Assembly (NCBI GenBank): GCA_004321745.1
Contig: SGYO01000004.1
Span: forward strand, 47,016-111,015
Origin: a bacterium
Lineage (GTDB): Bacteria > Fidelibacterota > Marinisomatia > Marinisomatales > UBA1611
DNA: 64,000 nucleotides
Direction: 5' to 3'
The position numbers and the translations under genes are program-made. Each line of letters opens with the position of its first letter. The stretch's first letter is position 1. Below, piece after piece: positions 40,401 to 49,660 of the stretch. A model generated the notes under the pieces. It had not been told where the DNA came from. It saw nothing but the letters and a program-made list of their open reading frames with translations, and did no database searches.

Positions 40401-41279
40401 GTTAATATTACCGGCCTTATTGAAGTGGATGAGGCAGTACTTTTTCATGAGTTTATATCAGAGGATATAGGCGAAACTCTAATATCAAGCGATGGAGTGG
40501 TAATGTCTTACAGTTTAAATGTCCCAATAAAAGATGAAGGCAAATTTCAAAATTCTCAAGTTGATGCAATAATGACTGGAGAAATAAGTATAGCAAAAAC
40601 GGGCAATGAATATTGGAATATTGGTGGTGAAGTTTATATTGAAGATGGTTCAATTTTATCATTTAAGGATAATTTTACAGGATTGAATGGATATGTTATT
40701 TTTGATAATAATGGAATTAATCCTGATATGGATTTAATGGCCTCAACTACAATCGCAGATGAAGAAATAAGATTAAAAATAAAAGGCGATTTAAATAATG
40801 CAGATTTAGTGCTAGAGTCATCAAGTGGATTTTCTGAAAGTGATATTATTGAGCTTTTAACTTTTGGTTCAAGGTTTGAAGATCAGGCATTATCTTCGAA
40901 TGGATTTGGGGTTCAAGCAACATCAATGCTAGGCTCGTTACTTGAAACTCAACTTGAAAAAAACCTAGAGGAGATGTCTGCTCTTAAACTTCTTAAACCA
41001 GATGAAATAGATGTTTCAGGAACAGCAAGTTTTATTAGTGGGCAGAATTTATCTGCTAGTGAAAGAAATGACCTTGAAGATTTTAAGATTTCAGCAAAGA
41101 AGAAATTCGGTAGTAAAACATATGCAAACTTATCGTACAAAAAATCTTTTTCACTTACAAATCCAGATCAATTACAAATTGGCGTTGAATATAAATTAAA
41201 CCGTAATTTATCACTTGTTGGTAATATGGATGATAAGGGCAACCTGCATCTTAAGTATCGCTACAGATACGCTTATTAA
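37485..41279 (+). CDS. tamB: TamB-like translocation and assembly module protein (giant beta-rich periplasm-spanning protein)
   Basis: 1264 aa with a single N-terminal TM anchor (LLYIVLLVSILYAVASSFLW), a long repetitive beta-strand-rich body, and an aromatic-rich C-terminal region (...LHLKYRYRYAY). It lies immediately upstream of an Omp85 gene. Confidence 0.6.
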   Translation: MFSKNKLLYIVLLVSILYAVASSFLWEKTILGFLNRSLSKSKVEVISGELSGNLLRNIIGENFEIIHPIYGDIYIDKILINYDYFGSLFGVNSFDEIYIDSLVFDSKKYIEDNQNTEFESFPIQINKFSINGQLPLWFQNEMIIFKGTAEGQVAWENELNLKIDRLSLENSGEYAFSFQMDNLELFKNDDSLSINNFSGKFGNAPINGELLYFQKDSKIKGSLNIDEFAIPKELFSKTPLKGKFEKISGNVDFESISGDLNGNLSISNQLGLKMAGDINIVKDNGNIFLKNLNLYGEDSNLKVNGVWEGNERLSGYFYLDSLDLSRWLIEQNPTLLSGMAILEGSIDNNQALENIELTLEVAEYGVLNNQESSFHGTVLYSDSIVSTVDPVMLIIGESILSIDGEINLKSKELNFNSDLENADIKIINNFWMDEFTDGIATGKLIIRGSIDNPDVVADLNCKNIKYKDFSMESINFHSEMESDSNFPSGFVNLKIDKGIWRNEKFDSGTLDISFSKNRMVVENCHFKSGDDYLLLSGSWLSKNKYRIDRIQSAYKDNYLVNAKPIFISYQDTAVSVEPFEIHINDGILDGVLLFGAISEGRLKMANFDARVITQFIDSKYLDLSGIVFGELSFQNLDNNLSYDVDIALKKGNYLGKHYDQMNLSFLLNSNKLIIDDFSFTADTSLGFELSGILPFKKSNKPNAEVSLNTTFKDLPLEMVHRLIPNFFNLEGDATGLLSIGGNLGKTKFNYEASIDHAVFDKIYLGSLKSKGSYNGSFLSVEYAESNDNLDKIFSSGDVPFDLNLNSDKFGQFFENKNINYTASAKLTSMSFLSTYISELDSISGTINIDLSLLGPSSAIIRNGEITLSNSSVYTMLINNPIISVNGKGVLENNILNIENLKGSSLNTRDNNFGKIRDNISVSGSIDFSKFFEPDYDLIVNSINNKYIYLDAIPIDITGIIDSMNVKVLGRDTVNITGLIEVDEAVLFHEFISEDIGETLISSDGVVMSYSLNVPIKDEGKFQNSQVDAIMTGEISIAKTGNEYWNIGGEVYIEDGSILSFKDNFTGLNGYVIFDNNGINPDMDLMASTTIADEEIRLKIKGDLNNADLVLESSSGFSESDIIELLTFGSRFEDQALSSNGFGVQATSMLGSLLETQLEKNLEEMSALKLLKPDEIDVSGTASFISGQNLSASERNDLEDFKISAKKKFGSKTYANLSYKKSFSLTNPDQLQIGVEYKLNRNLSLVGNMDDKGNLHLKYRYRYAY

Positions 41280-41303
41280 ACTTAGATTAATTATAAAACA
41301 TAA

Positions 41304-43160
41304 GTGATAAAATATATTAGAATAGTCCTCTTTGGCTATTTAGCTGTTATTTCTATAAATATTGCTCAAGAATATCAGATTGATATCAGATCGGTAAATA
41401 TCAGTGGAAATGAGTCTATTAAGAAAAAAGAGTTAATGCCACTCTTAAGGCAAAGGCCTTCAAATTTTTCTTTTACTTTTAAGGGCACATCCTTTAACAA
41501 TAGGTTGTTAAAAATGGATGGTCTAACGTTAAAAAATTATTTTATTTCTAAGGGCTTTTTAATGGTTGAAGTAAATGAATCTGCAATTATAGATGGCAAT
41601 AGAGCTGATATTTATTTTGAGATTAATGAAGGAAAACAGTTCTTCGTTTCTAATGTTGTCATTGAGGGTAATGTCAATTTATCAAAAGAAAAAATTCAAA
41701 AAATATTAAATATAAATTCAGGAGAGCCATTTAACAGTGTGTTATTAAATGAAAGAGTTTCTTCTTTGCAAAAAGAACTCGAGAAATACTCTAAACTTTT
41801 TTCAATAATTGAAATTGAACCTATCATTCTAGATTCAGTAATTGTAAATATTTCTATAAGCGAGGGGGAAGATGTTTTTATAAAAGATACTTATATAGAA
41901 GGAGTAGATAGCAAGGATCATAATTTTGTTAAAAGAGAATTGCTATATAAAAATGGGGATAAGTATAATCCGAAAAAAGTGGAAAAATCCAAAATGCGAT
42001 TAAAAGAAACGGGTATTTATTCCTTGATAAATATTACACCAATTAAAGTTTCAGAATCAGATTCATTAGTAAACTTAATTTTAACGCTAAGTGAGTATAA
42101 ACAAAGAGAATGGCTTTCTGTTGGAGGGTTTGAGCCTATAGAATTTTATGAAGGGTTAGATCCTCTTCCCTCATTAGGTGGCTTTGTTGAATGGAGGAAT
42201 AGGTCAATTTTTAATACGAATTCTAATTTTTCTACAAAGTTTTTAATTGGTTTTCCATGGGAAACTAACTTTAACCTTCCAAGGCTCAGATATGATATTG
42301 GTTTCGATACTAACTGGATTTTTGGAATACGCTGGCCCACTAAGCTCAACAGTTTCTATGAGACATTAATTAATTACGATCAGGAAAATATTGACCGTGT
42401 TGAAAGATATGGGCTAGAGATGCTACAAATAATTATGTTTGATAATAGATCTTATTTCCAAAATATTACTGTTTGGGAAAATTTTAGTGATAATAATGTA
42501 AGCACGCTAGATAGCACAGGATTGATAAATAATGTTACTTCAATTAAAAATCTACAACAAAGATCTTTATCTTTTAGGCTTCACATTGATAAAAAAGATG
42601 ATCCACTTTTTCCCAAAAAAGGGTATTTACTTGACCTTTATTTGAAATCTACTGGCTATTTACTTGGAGGAGAAAGAAATTATTTGAAACTAGATTTTAG
42701 CATTAATAATTATTTCATGATCTCAAAAAACTCTGTCTTAGCATCTAGATTTAAATTAGGTAGGATATGGTCGTGGGAAGATTCTTACAATGACTACAGT
42801 TATGAAAAGTTTTATCTAGGAGGCAGCGCAAATATGAGAGGTTGGGAGATTCTTAAATATAGCACTGTTAGTAACTTGGGCGTTATTCCTTTTGGTGGAA
42901 CACATAGATTTTTGAGTAATATTGAGTTTAGAAACCAAATGAACCAAAATTTAGGTATAACATTATTTTTTGATGGGGGAATTTTAGGGGAAAATTTTAA
43001 TGAAATGCAAAATAGTAGACTAGGTTGGGATGTTGGGATTGGTCTAACTATATCTACTCCCCTTGGTCCAGTTAGGTTAGATTATGCTGTTCCCTACATA
43101 AACGATGAGATGAATTTAAGTAATGGAAAAATTAATTTTGGAGTACAATACTTATTTTAA
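41304..43160 (+). CDS. Omp85-family outer-membrane assembly protein (TamA/BamA-like, POTRA + beta-barrel)
   Basis: 618 aa with a GTG start and signal-like N-terminus. It has POTRA-like repeats (V.I.GN..I....I), a C-terminal surface-antigen barrel (FYLGGSANMRGW, ...INFGVQYLF) and a terminal Phe. Confidence 0.8.
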   Translation: MIKYIRIVLFGYLAVISINIAQEYQIDIRSVNISGNESIKKKELMPLLRQRPSNFSFTFKGTSFNNRLLKMDGLTLKNYFISKGFLMVEVNESAIIDGNRADIYFEINEGKQFFVSNVVIEGNVNLSKEKIQKILNINSGEPFNSVLLNERVSSLQKELEKYSKLFSIIEIEPIILDSVIVNISISEGEDVFIKDTYIEGVDSKDHNFVKRELLYKNGDKYNPKKVEKSKMRLKETGIYSLINITPIKVSESDSLVNLILTLSEYKQREWLSVGGFEPIEFYEGLDPLPSLGGFVEWRNRSIFNTNSNFSTKFLIGFPWETNFNLPRLRYDIGFDTNWIFGIRWPTKLNSFYETLINYDQENIDRVERYGLEMLQIIMFDNRSYFQNITVWENFSDNNVSTLDSTGLINNVTSIKNLQQRSLSFRLHIDKKDDPLFPKKGYLLDLYLKSTGYLLGGERNYLKLDFSINNYFMISKNSVLASRFKLGRIWSWEDSYNDYSYEKFYLGGSANMRGWEILKYSTVSNLGVIPFGGTHRFLSNIEFRNQMNQNLGITLFFDGGILGENFNEMQNSRLGWDVGIGLTISTPLGPVRLDYAVPYINDEMNLSNGKINFGVQYLF

Positions 43161-43255
43161 TTTTAAAAATAATGGAACCTGCGAAACTAATATTTGTTAT
43201 TAATTTGAGATATGTATTTTGTTGTTAAATTAAGGTTATATTTTTTATTGATAAT

Positions 43256-43993
43256 ATGAAAATAGTTATAAAAAAATTAACGCTATGCTTTTTTATGATG
43301 CTTATTTCTTGCACAAAAAAAGCTCCTGAACTCATGGAAATAGCCCAGGCTAGTTTGGATCAAAATCAAGAGGATCAAGCGATTGATAATTTAAATTATT
43401 TGCTCGAAAAGTATCCAAATGACAGCCTTGCATCTTTAGCTCAATACAAATTAGCAACAATATACAAGAGCTGGAAAAATGACCCAAAAAATCTTTTAGA
43501 AGCACTTAATAAAACAGTAAATAAATATCCAGATACACCACAAGCGATTCAGGCAAAGAAAGAAATCCAAGCATTCCAAGATTGGATAATTAATAATGCT
43601 GAAACGTTGAGAAAAAGGAAAATGACTACTGAGTCCATTGAAAATCTCATCTATTTAGTGAAAAAATTTCCTGAACATGAACTAGCTTCTAAAGCCCAGT
43701 ACATCATCGGAGATATTTACATGAATGATTTAAGGGATTTTGAAAAAGCTTTGAGTGAATACAGAGTCGTACTAAACAAATATAACGGATCTAAGGAGGA
43801 AGCCTTAGCTCAATTTATGATTGGTTATATTTACGCCAATGTTATCAAAGATTTTGATCTTGCTAGAAAAGAATATCAGATTTTTTTAGACAAATTTCCG
43901 AAACATGAATTACATCCTTCTGTTAAGTTTGAAATAGATTATCTTGGAAAAGATATTAACGAAATCCCATCGCTCAAACATATTACTTCATAA
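43256..43993 (+). CDS. TPR-repeat lipoprotein, BamD/YbgF-like
   Basis: Lipoprotein signal MMLISC. Three repeats of the YP/FP...LA..AQY.IG.IY pattern (KYPNDSLASLAQYKLATIY, KFPEHELASKAQYIIGDIY, EEALAQFMIGYIY). Confidence 0.6.
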   Translation: MKIVIKKLTLCFFMMLISCTKKAPELMEIAQASLDQNQEDQAIDNLNYLLEKYPNDSLASLAQYKLATIYKSWKNDPKNLLEALNKTVNKYPDTPQAIQAKKEIQAFQDWIINNAETLRKRKMTTESIENLIYLVKKFPEHELASKAQYIIGDIYMNDLRDFEKALSEYRVVLNKYNGSKEEALAQFMIGYIYANVIKDFDLARKEYQIFLDKFPKHELHPSVKFEIDYLGKDINEIPSLKHITS

Positions 43994-44015
43994 CCCATAA
44001 CATAACTATTTTATA

Positions 44016-45011
44016 ATGAGTGAGTTTAGTTTATCAGCCATTAACGAGCGTATTTTAGAGTCATCAAAGTTTGTTAAACCCTTAAGAGAAAATCTAGAAA
44101 AGGCTATCGTTGGTCAAGAAGAACTCTTAAATAAAATTATTATTTGTATGCTGGCCGATGGTCACATGTTATTAGAGGGTGTACCAGGGTTAGCTAAGAC
44201 CTTAACAGTAAAAACTCTAGCTTCATCAATTAATTCTAAATTTCAGAGAATTCAATTCACACCAGATATGTTACCTGCAGATTTAATAGGTACATTGATT
44301 TATAATCAAAAATCTGGTGAATTTGACACACGTAAGGGTCCAATATTTTCTAATGTTATCCTTGCAGATGAGATAAATAGGTCCCCAGCTAAAGTTCAAA
44401 GTGCGTTACTTGAGTCCATGCAGGAAAAACAAGTGACTATTGGTGAAAATACTTATAAAATGGAGCTTCCTTTTCTAGTTTTGGCTACGCAAAACCCGCT
44501 AGAGCAGGAAGGTACATATCCATTACCTGAGGCTCAGTTAGACAGATTTATGTTTAAACTGATTGTTAACTATCCTTCTATAGACTCTGAAAAAATATTA
44601 ATGAGAATAAATACTACCTCTAACAAAGAAATTGACATTAACCCTGTTGTACAACCTGAGACTATCATTGAGGCACAAAAATTAATAACAGAAATTTATG
44701 TTGACGAGAAGGTTGAAGACTACATTTTGAATTTAATATTTGCAACAAGAGATCCATTGAAATTCGATTTGAAAGATTTAGATGGTATTATTGATGTGGG
44801 AGCGTCACCGAGAGCCACCATAAATATCTTAAAAGCTTCAAAATCTCGTGCATTTACTGAAGGAAGAGGGTATGTTACTCCTGAGGATGTAAGATATGTC
44901 AGCACTGAAATATTGCGACATAGATTAATATTGACATACGAAGCGGAAGCTGAGGAGCTCACTACAGACCAAATCATTACTCGATTATTTGAAAAAATAG
45001 AAGTTCCTTAG
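44016..45011 (+). CDS. MoxR-family AAA+ ATPase
   Basis: 331 aa with Walker A LLEGVPGLAKT and Walker B ILADEINR. VLATQNPLEQEGTYPLPEAQLDRF is the typical MoxR core. Confidence 0.92.
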   Translation: MSEFSLSAINERILESSKFVKPLRENLEKAIVGQEELLNKIIICMLADGHMLLEGVPGLAKTLTVKTLASSINSKFQRIQFTPDMLPADLIGTLIYNQKSGEFDTRKGPIFSNVILADEINRSPAKVQSALLESMQEKQVTIGENTYKMELPFLVLATQNPLEQEGTYPLPEAQLDRFMFKLIVNYPSIDSEKILMRINTTSNKEIDINPVVQPETIIEAQKLITEIYVDEKVEDYILNLIFATRDPLKFDLKDLDGIIDVGASPRATINILKASKSRAFTEGRGYVTPEDVRYVSTEILRHRLILTYEAEAEELTTDQIITRLFEKIEVP

Positions 45012-45016
45012 AAATT

Positions 45017-45889
45017 ATGCATGCCCGCGAAATTCTAAAAAAAGTAAAGCAAATTGAAATAAGAACGCGTGGCTTGGTAGATAGTTTTTTCGGAGGTGAA
45101 TACCATTCCTCATTTAAAGGTCGAGGTATGACTTTTTCAGAGGTAAGAGAATATCAACAAGGCGATGATGTAAGATTAATTGATTGGAATGTCACTGCTA
45201 GATCTGGAAACCCTTTTATAAAAGTATTTGAAGAGGAAAGAGAATTAACAGTTATGATGATTGTTGATATATCTTCATCTGGTTCATTTGGATCTGAAAC
45301 ATATCAAAAAAGGGAAATTGGAGCAGAAATTGCTAGCGTTCTAGGATTCTCAGCAATCAAAAATAATGATAAAGTTGGGTTAGTATTATTTTCAGATGAT
45401 GTAGTAAAATACATACCTCCCAAAAAAGGCAAATCACATATTTTGCGAGTTATTAGAGAGCTTTTATATGCAAAGTCTGAAGGTAAAGGCACTTCGATTA
45501 GTAGAGCGTTAGATTTTGTCATGAAAGTATCTAAAAGAAAATCAGTAGTGTTTTTGTTATCTGATTTTATAGATGAGGATTATTGGGATTCGCTAAAAAT
45601 AACAAATCGAAAACATGATTTTATTGGCATAAAAATATTTGATCCATACGAAATAGATTTTCCTAAAATCGGAATGTTTAAGGTTGAAGATTCTGAAACT
45701 GGAGATACATTTTGGGTGGATACTTCAAATCATAGTGAATTAAAGCAAATGAATGATATGAATCACCAAAAAAATGATGATTTTATTAATAAATCAAAAA
45801 AACTTGGCATTGATATTATTTCTATATCTACCTCAGATAACTATATAGATCCATTAATGAAATTTTTTAAAAAAAGAGGTGAAAAATAA
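45017..45889 (+). CDS. DUF58 (vWA-fold-like) protein, MoxR partner
   Basis: The hallmark DUF58 motif VREYQQGDDVRLIDWNVTAR is present, 290 aa, directly after moxR. Confidence 0.88.
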   Translation: MHAREILKKVKQIEIRTRGLVDSFFGGEYHSSFKGRGMTFSEVREYQQGDDVRLIDWNVTARSGNPFIKVFEEERELTVMMIVDISSSGSFGSETYQKREIGAEIASVLGFSAIKNNDKVGLVLFSDDVVKYIPPKKGKSHILRVIRELLYAKSEGKGTSISRALDFVMKVSKRKSVVFLLSDFIDEDYWDSLKITNRKHDFIGIKIFDPYEIDFPKIGMFKVEDSETGDTFWVDTSNHSELKQMNDMNHQKNDDFINKSKKLGIDIISISTSDNYIDPLMKFFKKRGEK

Positions 45890-45951
45890 CTAAAGTATCA
45901 AAAATATTTTTCATTTTATCCTTTCATATAGCTCTTGTCAGATCGCAATCA

Positions 45952-46770
45952 TTGCAAATTATATCTGAACTAGATACTTCTATTGCAAGCGTAGGAGATC
46001 AAGTTGTATGGAGTATTCGTTTAAATAATATTGAAAAAAATTTATCTTTTGAATTTCCTAAGCTTGAGGTTAAAAGTGATAGTGTAAGCCTAATATCTCA
46101 GTCCAATATTCTAGATAATAATTTGATTATTGGTCAAAGTTTCAAACTTTCTTTTTGGGAAACAGGTGATTTTTTAACCCCTTTTTATTACGTAAAGGTA
46201 ATAAACTATATAAATAAAGATGAATTTAATTTTGAACCAGAAAGGCGCTCAGTTAAAGTTCTATCTGTTTTAGAAGAAAATAGTACAAATGATATGCGCC
46301 CATTAAAAGGACCTGTGCCTGTTGATAGTGTATTCTCGATGGTTTCATTTGTTAAAATCATTCTAATGCTGTTTTTTATCAGCTTAATGATTTTTATTTG
46401 GACAAAGCGAAAATCATCAACATATATTATAAGCAGTGGTAAGAATCAAATCTCTCCTCATAAGTTCGCAAAGAATAGATTATTACATTTAGATACAAAT
46501 GGGTTTTCCAAAGAGTTTTATTCTGAGTTATCTCACATAACGCGTCAATTTGTAGAAAAATCATTTTACATCAGAGCATTAGAAATGACTACGGAAGAAA
46601 TAAGTGAAAATGAAAACATATTTAAAATGAATGATGATATTTTTTCTGAGTGGGTTAACTTGCTTCAAAAAGCAGATTTAATAAAGTTTGCTAAAAAATC
46701 CACTCCAATGTCAGATATGGAAGATGATAAGAATATAGCATATAACATAATTGAAAAGACTTTAAATTAA
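45952..46770 (+). CDS. Membrane protein with BatD-like N-terminal domain, one TM, and DUF4381-like C-terminal domain
   Basis: TM segment FVKIILMLFFISLMIFIW. The C-terminal YIRALEMTTEEI ... ADLIKFAKK resembles the DUF4381 pattern seen in Bat operons (from memory). TTG start; the true N-terminus is uncertain (see findings). Confidence 0.55.
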   Translation: MQIISELDTSIASVGDQVVWSIRLNNIEKNLSFEFPKLEVKSDSVSLISQSNILDNNLIIGQSFKLSFWETGDFLTPFYYVKVINYINKDEFNFEPERRSVKVLSVLEENSTNDMRPLKGPVPVDSVFSMVSFVKIILMLFFISLMIFIWTKRKSSTYIISSGKNQISPHKFAKNRLLHLDTNGFSKEFYSELSHITRQFVEKSFYIRALEMTTEEISENENIFKMNDDIFSEWVNLLQKADLIKFAKKSTPMSDMEDDKNIAYNIIEKTLN

Positions 46771-46870
46771 AAATGCATAGCTCCATAAATGCAATAGAAG
46801 CCTGCATTTGAAAGCAACTAAACAGGCCTTATATTACGGTATATTTAGACTAAACTTTTTTGAGGTTTTT

Positions 46871-47437
46871 GTGGCAACAACAACAGACATACGTAATAAC
46901 GCAGTGATAATTTTCAAATCTAAAAGAATGAAAGTAATTGAGTTTCAACATGTTAAACCTGGAAAAGGCGGTGCATTTGTAAGAACCAAATTAAAGGATA
47001 TTCAAAGTGGCAAAATTATTGATCATACTTTTAATTCAGGTGCTAAAGTTGAGTTTATTAGAGTTGATGCTAAGGAGATGCAGTATCTTTATCTTGATGG
47101 CGAATCTTTTGTCTTTATGGATAATGATAACTATGAACAATTAATGGTTAGTAAAGATGTTATTTCTAAAAACAAGAATTATTTAATTGCCGGGATGAAT
47201 ATTGATATACTTTTTGATGGTGATGAGATTTTAGATGTTAGGTTGCCAGCTCATGTGGTGCTAAATGTCGATAGCACAGAGCCAGGTTTTAAAGGCAATA
47301 CGGCGACTGGTGCATCTAAACCTGCGACTGTAGAGACTGGTTATGAACTTAATGTTCCGCTATTTATAAATGAGAATGATAAAATTAAAATAGATACTAG
47401 AAGTGGTGAATATGTTGAAAGAGCAAAAAATAATTAA
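46871..47437 (+). CDS. efp: Elongation factor P
   Basis: GTG at 46871 is preceded by GAGG and gives (M)ATTTDIRNNAVIIF...VKPGKGGAFVRTKLKDI. The track extension from TTG 46808 is not conserved-looking. Confidence 0.92.
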   Translation: MATTTDIRNNAVIIFKSKRMKVIEFQHVKPGKGGAFVRTKLKDIQSGKIIDHTFNSGAKVEFIRVDAKEMQYLYLDGESFVFMDNDNYEQLMVSKDVISKNKNYLIAGMNIDILFDGDEILDVRLPAHVVLNVDSTEPGFKGNTATGASKPATVETGYELNVPLFINENDKIKIDTRSGEYVERAKNN

Positions 47438-47454
47438 ATGTTAAGGTTGAAGAA

Positions 47455-47904
47455 ATGTGGCAAGATAAAGTAAAAGAGATAATTGATATTTTAGAAAATT
47501 CAAATGTTAATGAAATAGAGGTTACTTTTTGGGGAAGAAAAGTTCGTGTAGTCAAAAATGCTTCTGGAATAGTTGCAAATCATACTCAACCTGAAGTTTT
47601 ACATTCAAATTCTGGTAGTAGCTCTATTAAGCATGAAAGCGAAAATAACCTTGAAGAAGATTCTTCATCTGGAGAAAAAATATTATCTCCTATGCCTGGC
47701 GTGTTTTACAGTGCTCAATCCCCAGAAAAGCCTCCTTTTGTAAATGAAGGAGATCCAGTAAAAAAAGGTCAGGTTCTGTGTATTATTGAATCAATGAAGA
47801 TTATGAATGAAATTGAATGCGAGCAAAATGGCATTATAAAAAAGATTTTAGTTAAAAATTCTGATCCGGTTGAATTCAATCAACCTTTATTCATAATAGA
47901 TTAA
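47455..47904 (+). CDS. accB: Biotin carboxyl carrier protein of acetyl-CoA carboxylase
   Basis: 149 aa with a Ser/Glu-rich linker and the biotinyl-lysine motif CIIESMKIMNEIE. Confidence 0.9.
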   Translation: MWQDKVKEIIDILENSNVNEIEVTFWGRKVRVVKNASGIVANHTQPEVLHSNSGSSSIKHESENNLEEDSSSGEKILSPMPGVFYSAQSPEKPPFVNEGDPVKKGQVLCIIESMKIMNEIECEQNGIIKKILVKNSDPVEFNQPLFIID

Positions 47905-47917
47905 ATTATAATATCAT

Positions 47918-49282
47918 ATGTTCAAGAAAATTTTGATCGCTAACCGTGGTGAAATAGCCTTGCGCGTCATAAGAGCTTGTCACGAGTTAGGAATTAAAAC
48001 TGTAGCTATATATTCAACAGCAGATGAATTTTCGCTTCATGTAAAGTTTGCTGATGAGGCAGTTTGTATTGGACCTCCTGCTAGCGCAGAAAGTTATTTA
48101 AATATTCCAAGAATCATAGCGGCTGGAGAAATAACAAATTCAGATGCTATTCACCCTGGTTATGGTTTTTTATCTGAGTCAGCGGAGTTTTCAAAAATTT
48201 GCTCTGAAAATGGTTTTGCCTTTATTGGTCCAGGGCCTGAAATGATAATGTCCATGGGTGATAAGGCTACTGCAAAAAAGACAATGAAGTCTGCAGGCGT
48301 GCCAGTAATTCCTGGCGGTGATGGAATTTTAAATGATGCGGAGGAAGCTAAAGCTTTAGCCAAAGAAATGGGTTTTCCAGTAATGTTAAAAGCAACTGCC
48401 GGTGGTGGTGGAAGAGGAATGAGATTAGTAACTAAAGAAGATGAGCTATCTGATCTTTATCAAGTCGCCTATCAGGAGGCTCTTAATGGTTTTGGAAATG
48501 GTGATTTATACATAGAGAAATTTATTGAGGAGCCAAGACACATTGAAATTCAAATATTAGCTGATAAAGATGGTAATGTGATTCAATTTGGAGAGAGAGA
48601 TTGTTCAATTCAAAGGAGACACCAAAAATTAATTGAGGAATCGCCTTCGCCTGCTGTCGATGATGAATTAAGATTGAAGATGGGTAAAGCTGCAATATCA
48701 GGAGCTAAAGCAATTGATTATATCGGCGTCGGAACCATTGAGTTCTTATTAGATAAAAACAAAAATTTTTATTTTATGGAAATGAATACTAGAATACAAG
48801 TTGAACATCCTGTAACTGAAATGGTTACTGGTGTAGATTTAATTAAACAACAAATTAAAGTACATGCTGGGGAGAAATGTCCAAATTACAGTCCAGATTA
48901 TAAACTGAGAGGTCACTCCATAGAGTGCAGAATAAATGCTGAAGATCCTGAAAAAGATTTTAGACCATCACCTGGGATTATTAATAATTTCCATATGCCT
49001 GGAGGAAAAGGAGTTAGAGTTGATTCTCATGCATATAGTGGTTATAAAATACCGCCGCATTATGATTCTATGATTGGTAAATTAATTGTACATGCTAAAG
49101 ATAGAGGTCGTGCGATTAATAGAATGCAACGAGCGCTTGAAGAAACAATCATTGAAGGTGTAAAAACGACAATCCCTTATCATCAAAAAATAATGGAAGA
49201 CAAGAATTTCAATTCTGGGAAATTTGACACTAGTTTTCTGGATAATTTTATTTTTAATTCAAATCAAAATGAGGATAAATAA
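47918..49282 (+). CDS. accC: Biotin carboxylase
   Basis: 454 aa. [21 protein letters not shown] and the ATP-grasp motifs ([22 protein letters not shown]) are present. Confidence 0.96.
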   Translation: MFKKILIANRGEIALRVIRACHELGIKTVAIYSTADEFSLHVKFADEAVCIGPPASAESYLNIPRIIAAGEITNSDAIHPGYGFLSESAEFSKICSENGFAFIGPGPEMIMSMGDKATAKKTMKSAGVPVIPGGDGILNDAEEAKALAKEMGFPVMLKATAGGGGRGMRLVTKEDELSDLYQVAYQEALNGFGNGDLYIEKFIEEPRHIEIQILADKDGNVIQFGERDCSIQRRHQKLIEESPSPAVDDELRLKMGKAAISGAKAIDYIGVGTIEFLLDKNKNFYFMEMNTRIQVEHPVTEMVTGVDLIKQQIKVHAGEKCPNYSPDYKLRGHSIECRINAEDPEKDFRPSPGIINNFHMPGGKGVRVDSHAYSGYKIPPHYDSMIGKLIVHAKDRGRAINRMQRALEETIIEGVKTTIPYHQKIMEDKNFNSGKFDTSFLDNFIFNSNQNEDK

Positions 49283-49660
49283 TTGAAAGTACCTGAAGAA
49301 TTATCATATACAAAAGAGCATGAATGGATTCGAGCCGCAGATAATGAAGCAACTATTGGCATTACTGACTTTGCTCAAAGTCAGCTAGGTGATATAATTT
49401 TTTTAGAACTACCAGAAATTGGAGATAAAGTTGTAGCTGGTGAATCATTTGGTGAGATCGAAGCAGTTAAAACTGTTTCAGAATTATATTCTCCAGTTAA
49501 TGGCGTTGTTACAAGCGTTAATGAAAATTTAGAAGATTCCCCAGATAATATTAATCTAGATTCATACGGCACAGGTTGGATTCTCAAAGTAAAATTTGAA
49601 GATAGTTTAGAGAGTTATGATTTACTTGATAACAAAGCATATCAGAGCTTAATTGGGTAG
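49283..49660 (+). CDS. gcvH: Glycine cleavage system H protein (lipoyl carrier)
   Basis: TTG start abuts the accC stop. (M)KVPEELSYTKEHEWIR and the lipoyl-lysine motif GEIEAVKTVSELYSP are present. Confidence 0.9.
   Translation: MKVPEELSYTKEHEWIRAADNEATIGITDFAQSQLGDIIFLELPEIGDKVVAGESFGEIEAVKTVSELYSPVNGVVTSVNENLEDSPDNINLDSYGTGWILKVKFEDSLESYDLLDNKAYQSLIG

Noticed and set aside
41011-41199. 62-aa + strand ORF in an alternative frame of tamB (and similarly 55662..55880 inside mutL)
   Set aside because: They are embedded out of frame in long, well-supported genes, with no independent evidence. The other 60-115-aa minus-strand ORFs in the track are all antisense to supported + strand genes and were rejected for the same reason.
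46771-46870. Hairpins in the spacer before efp (AAATGCA-N9-TGCATTT; GCCTG-N18-CAGGC)
   Set aside because: The stems are short and mutually exclusive, without a following U-tract. They do not match any RNA family I recognise.
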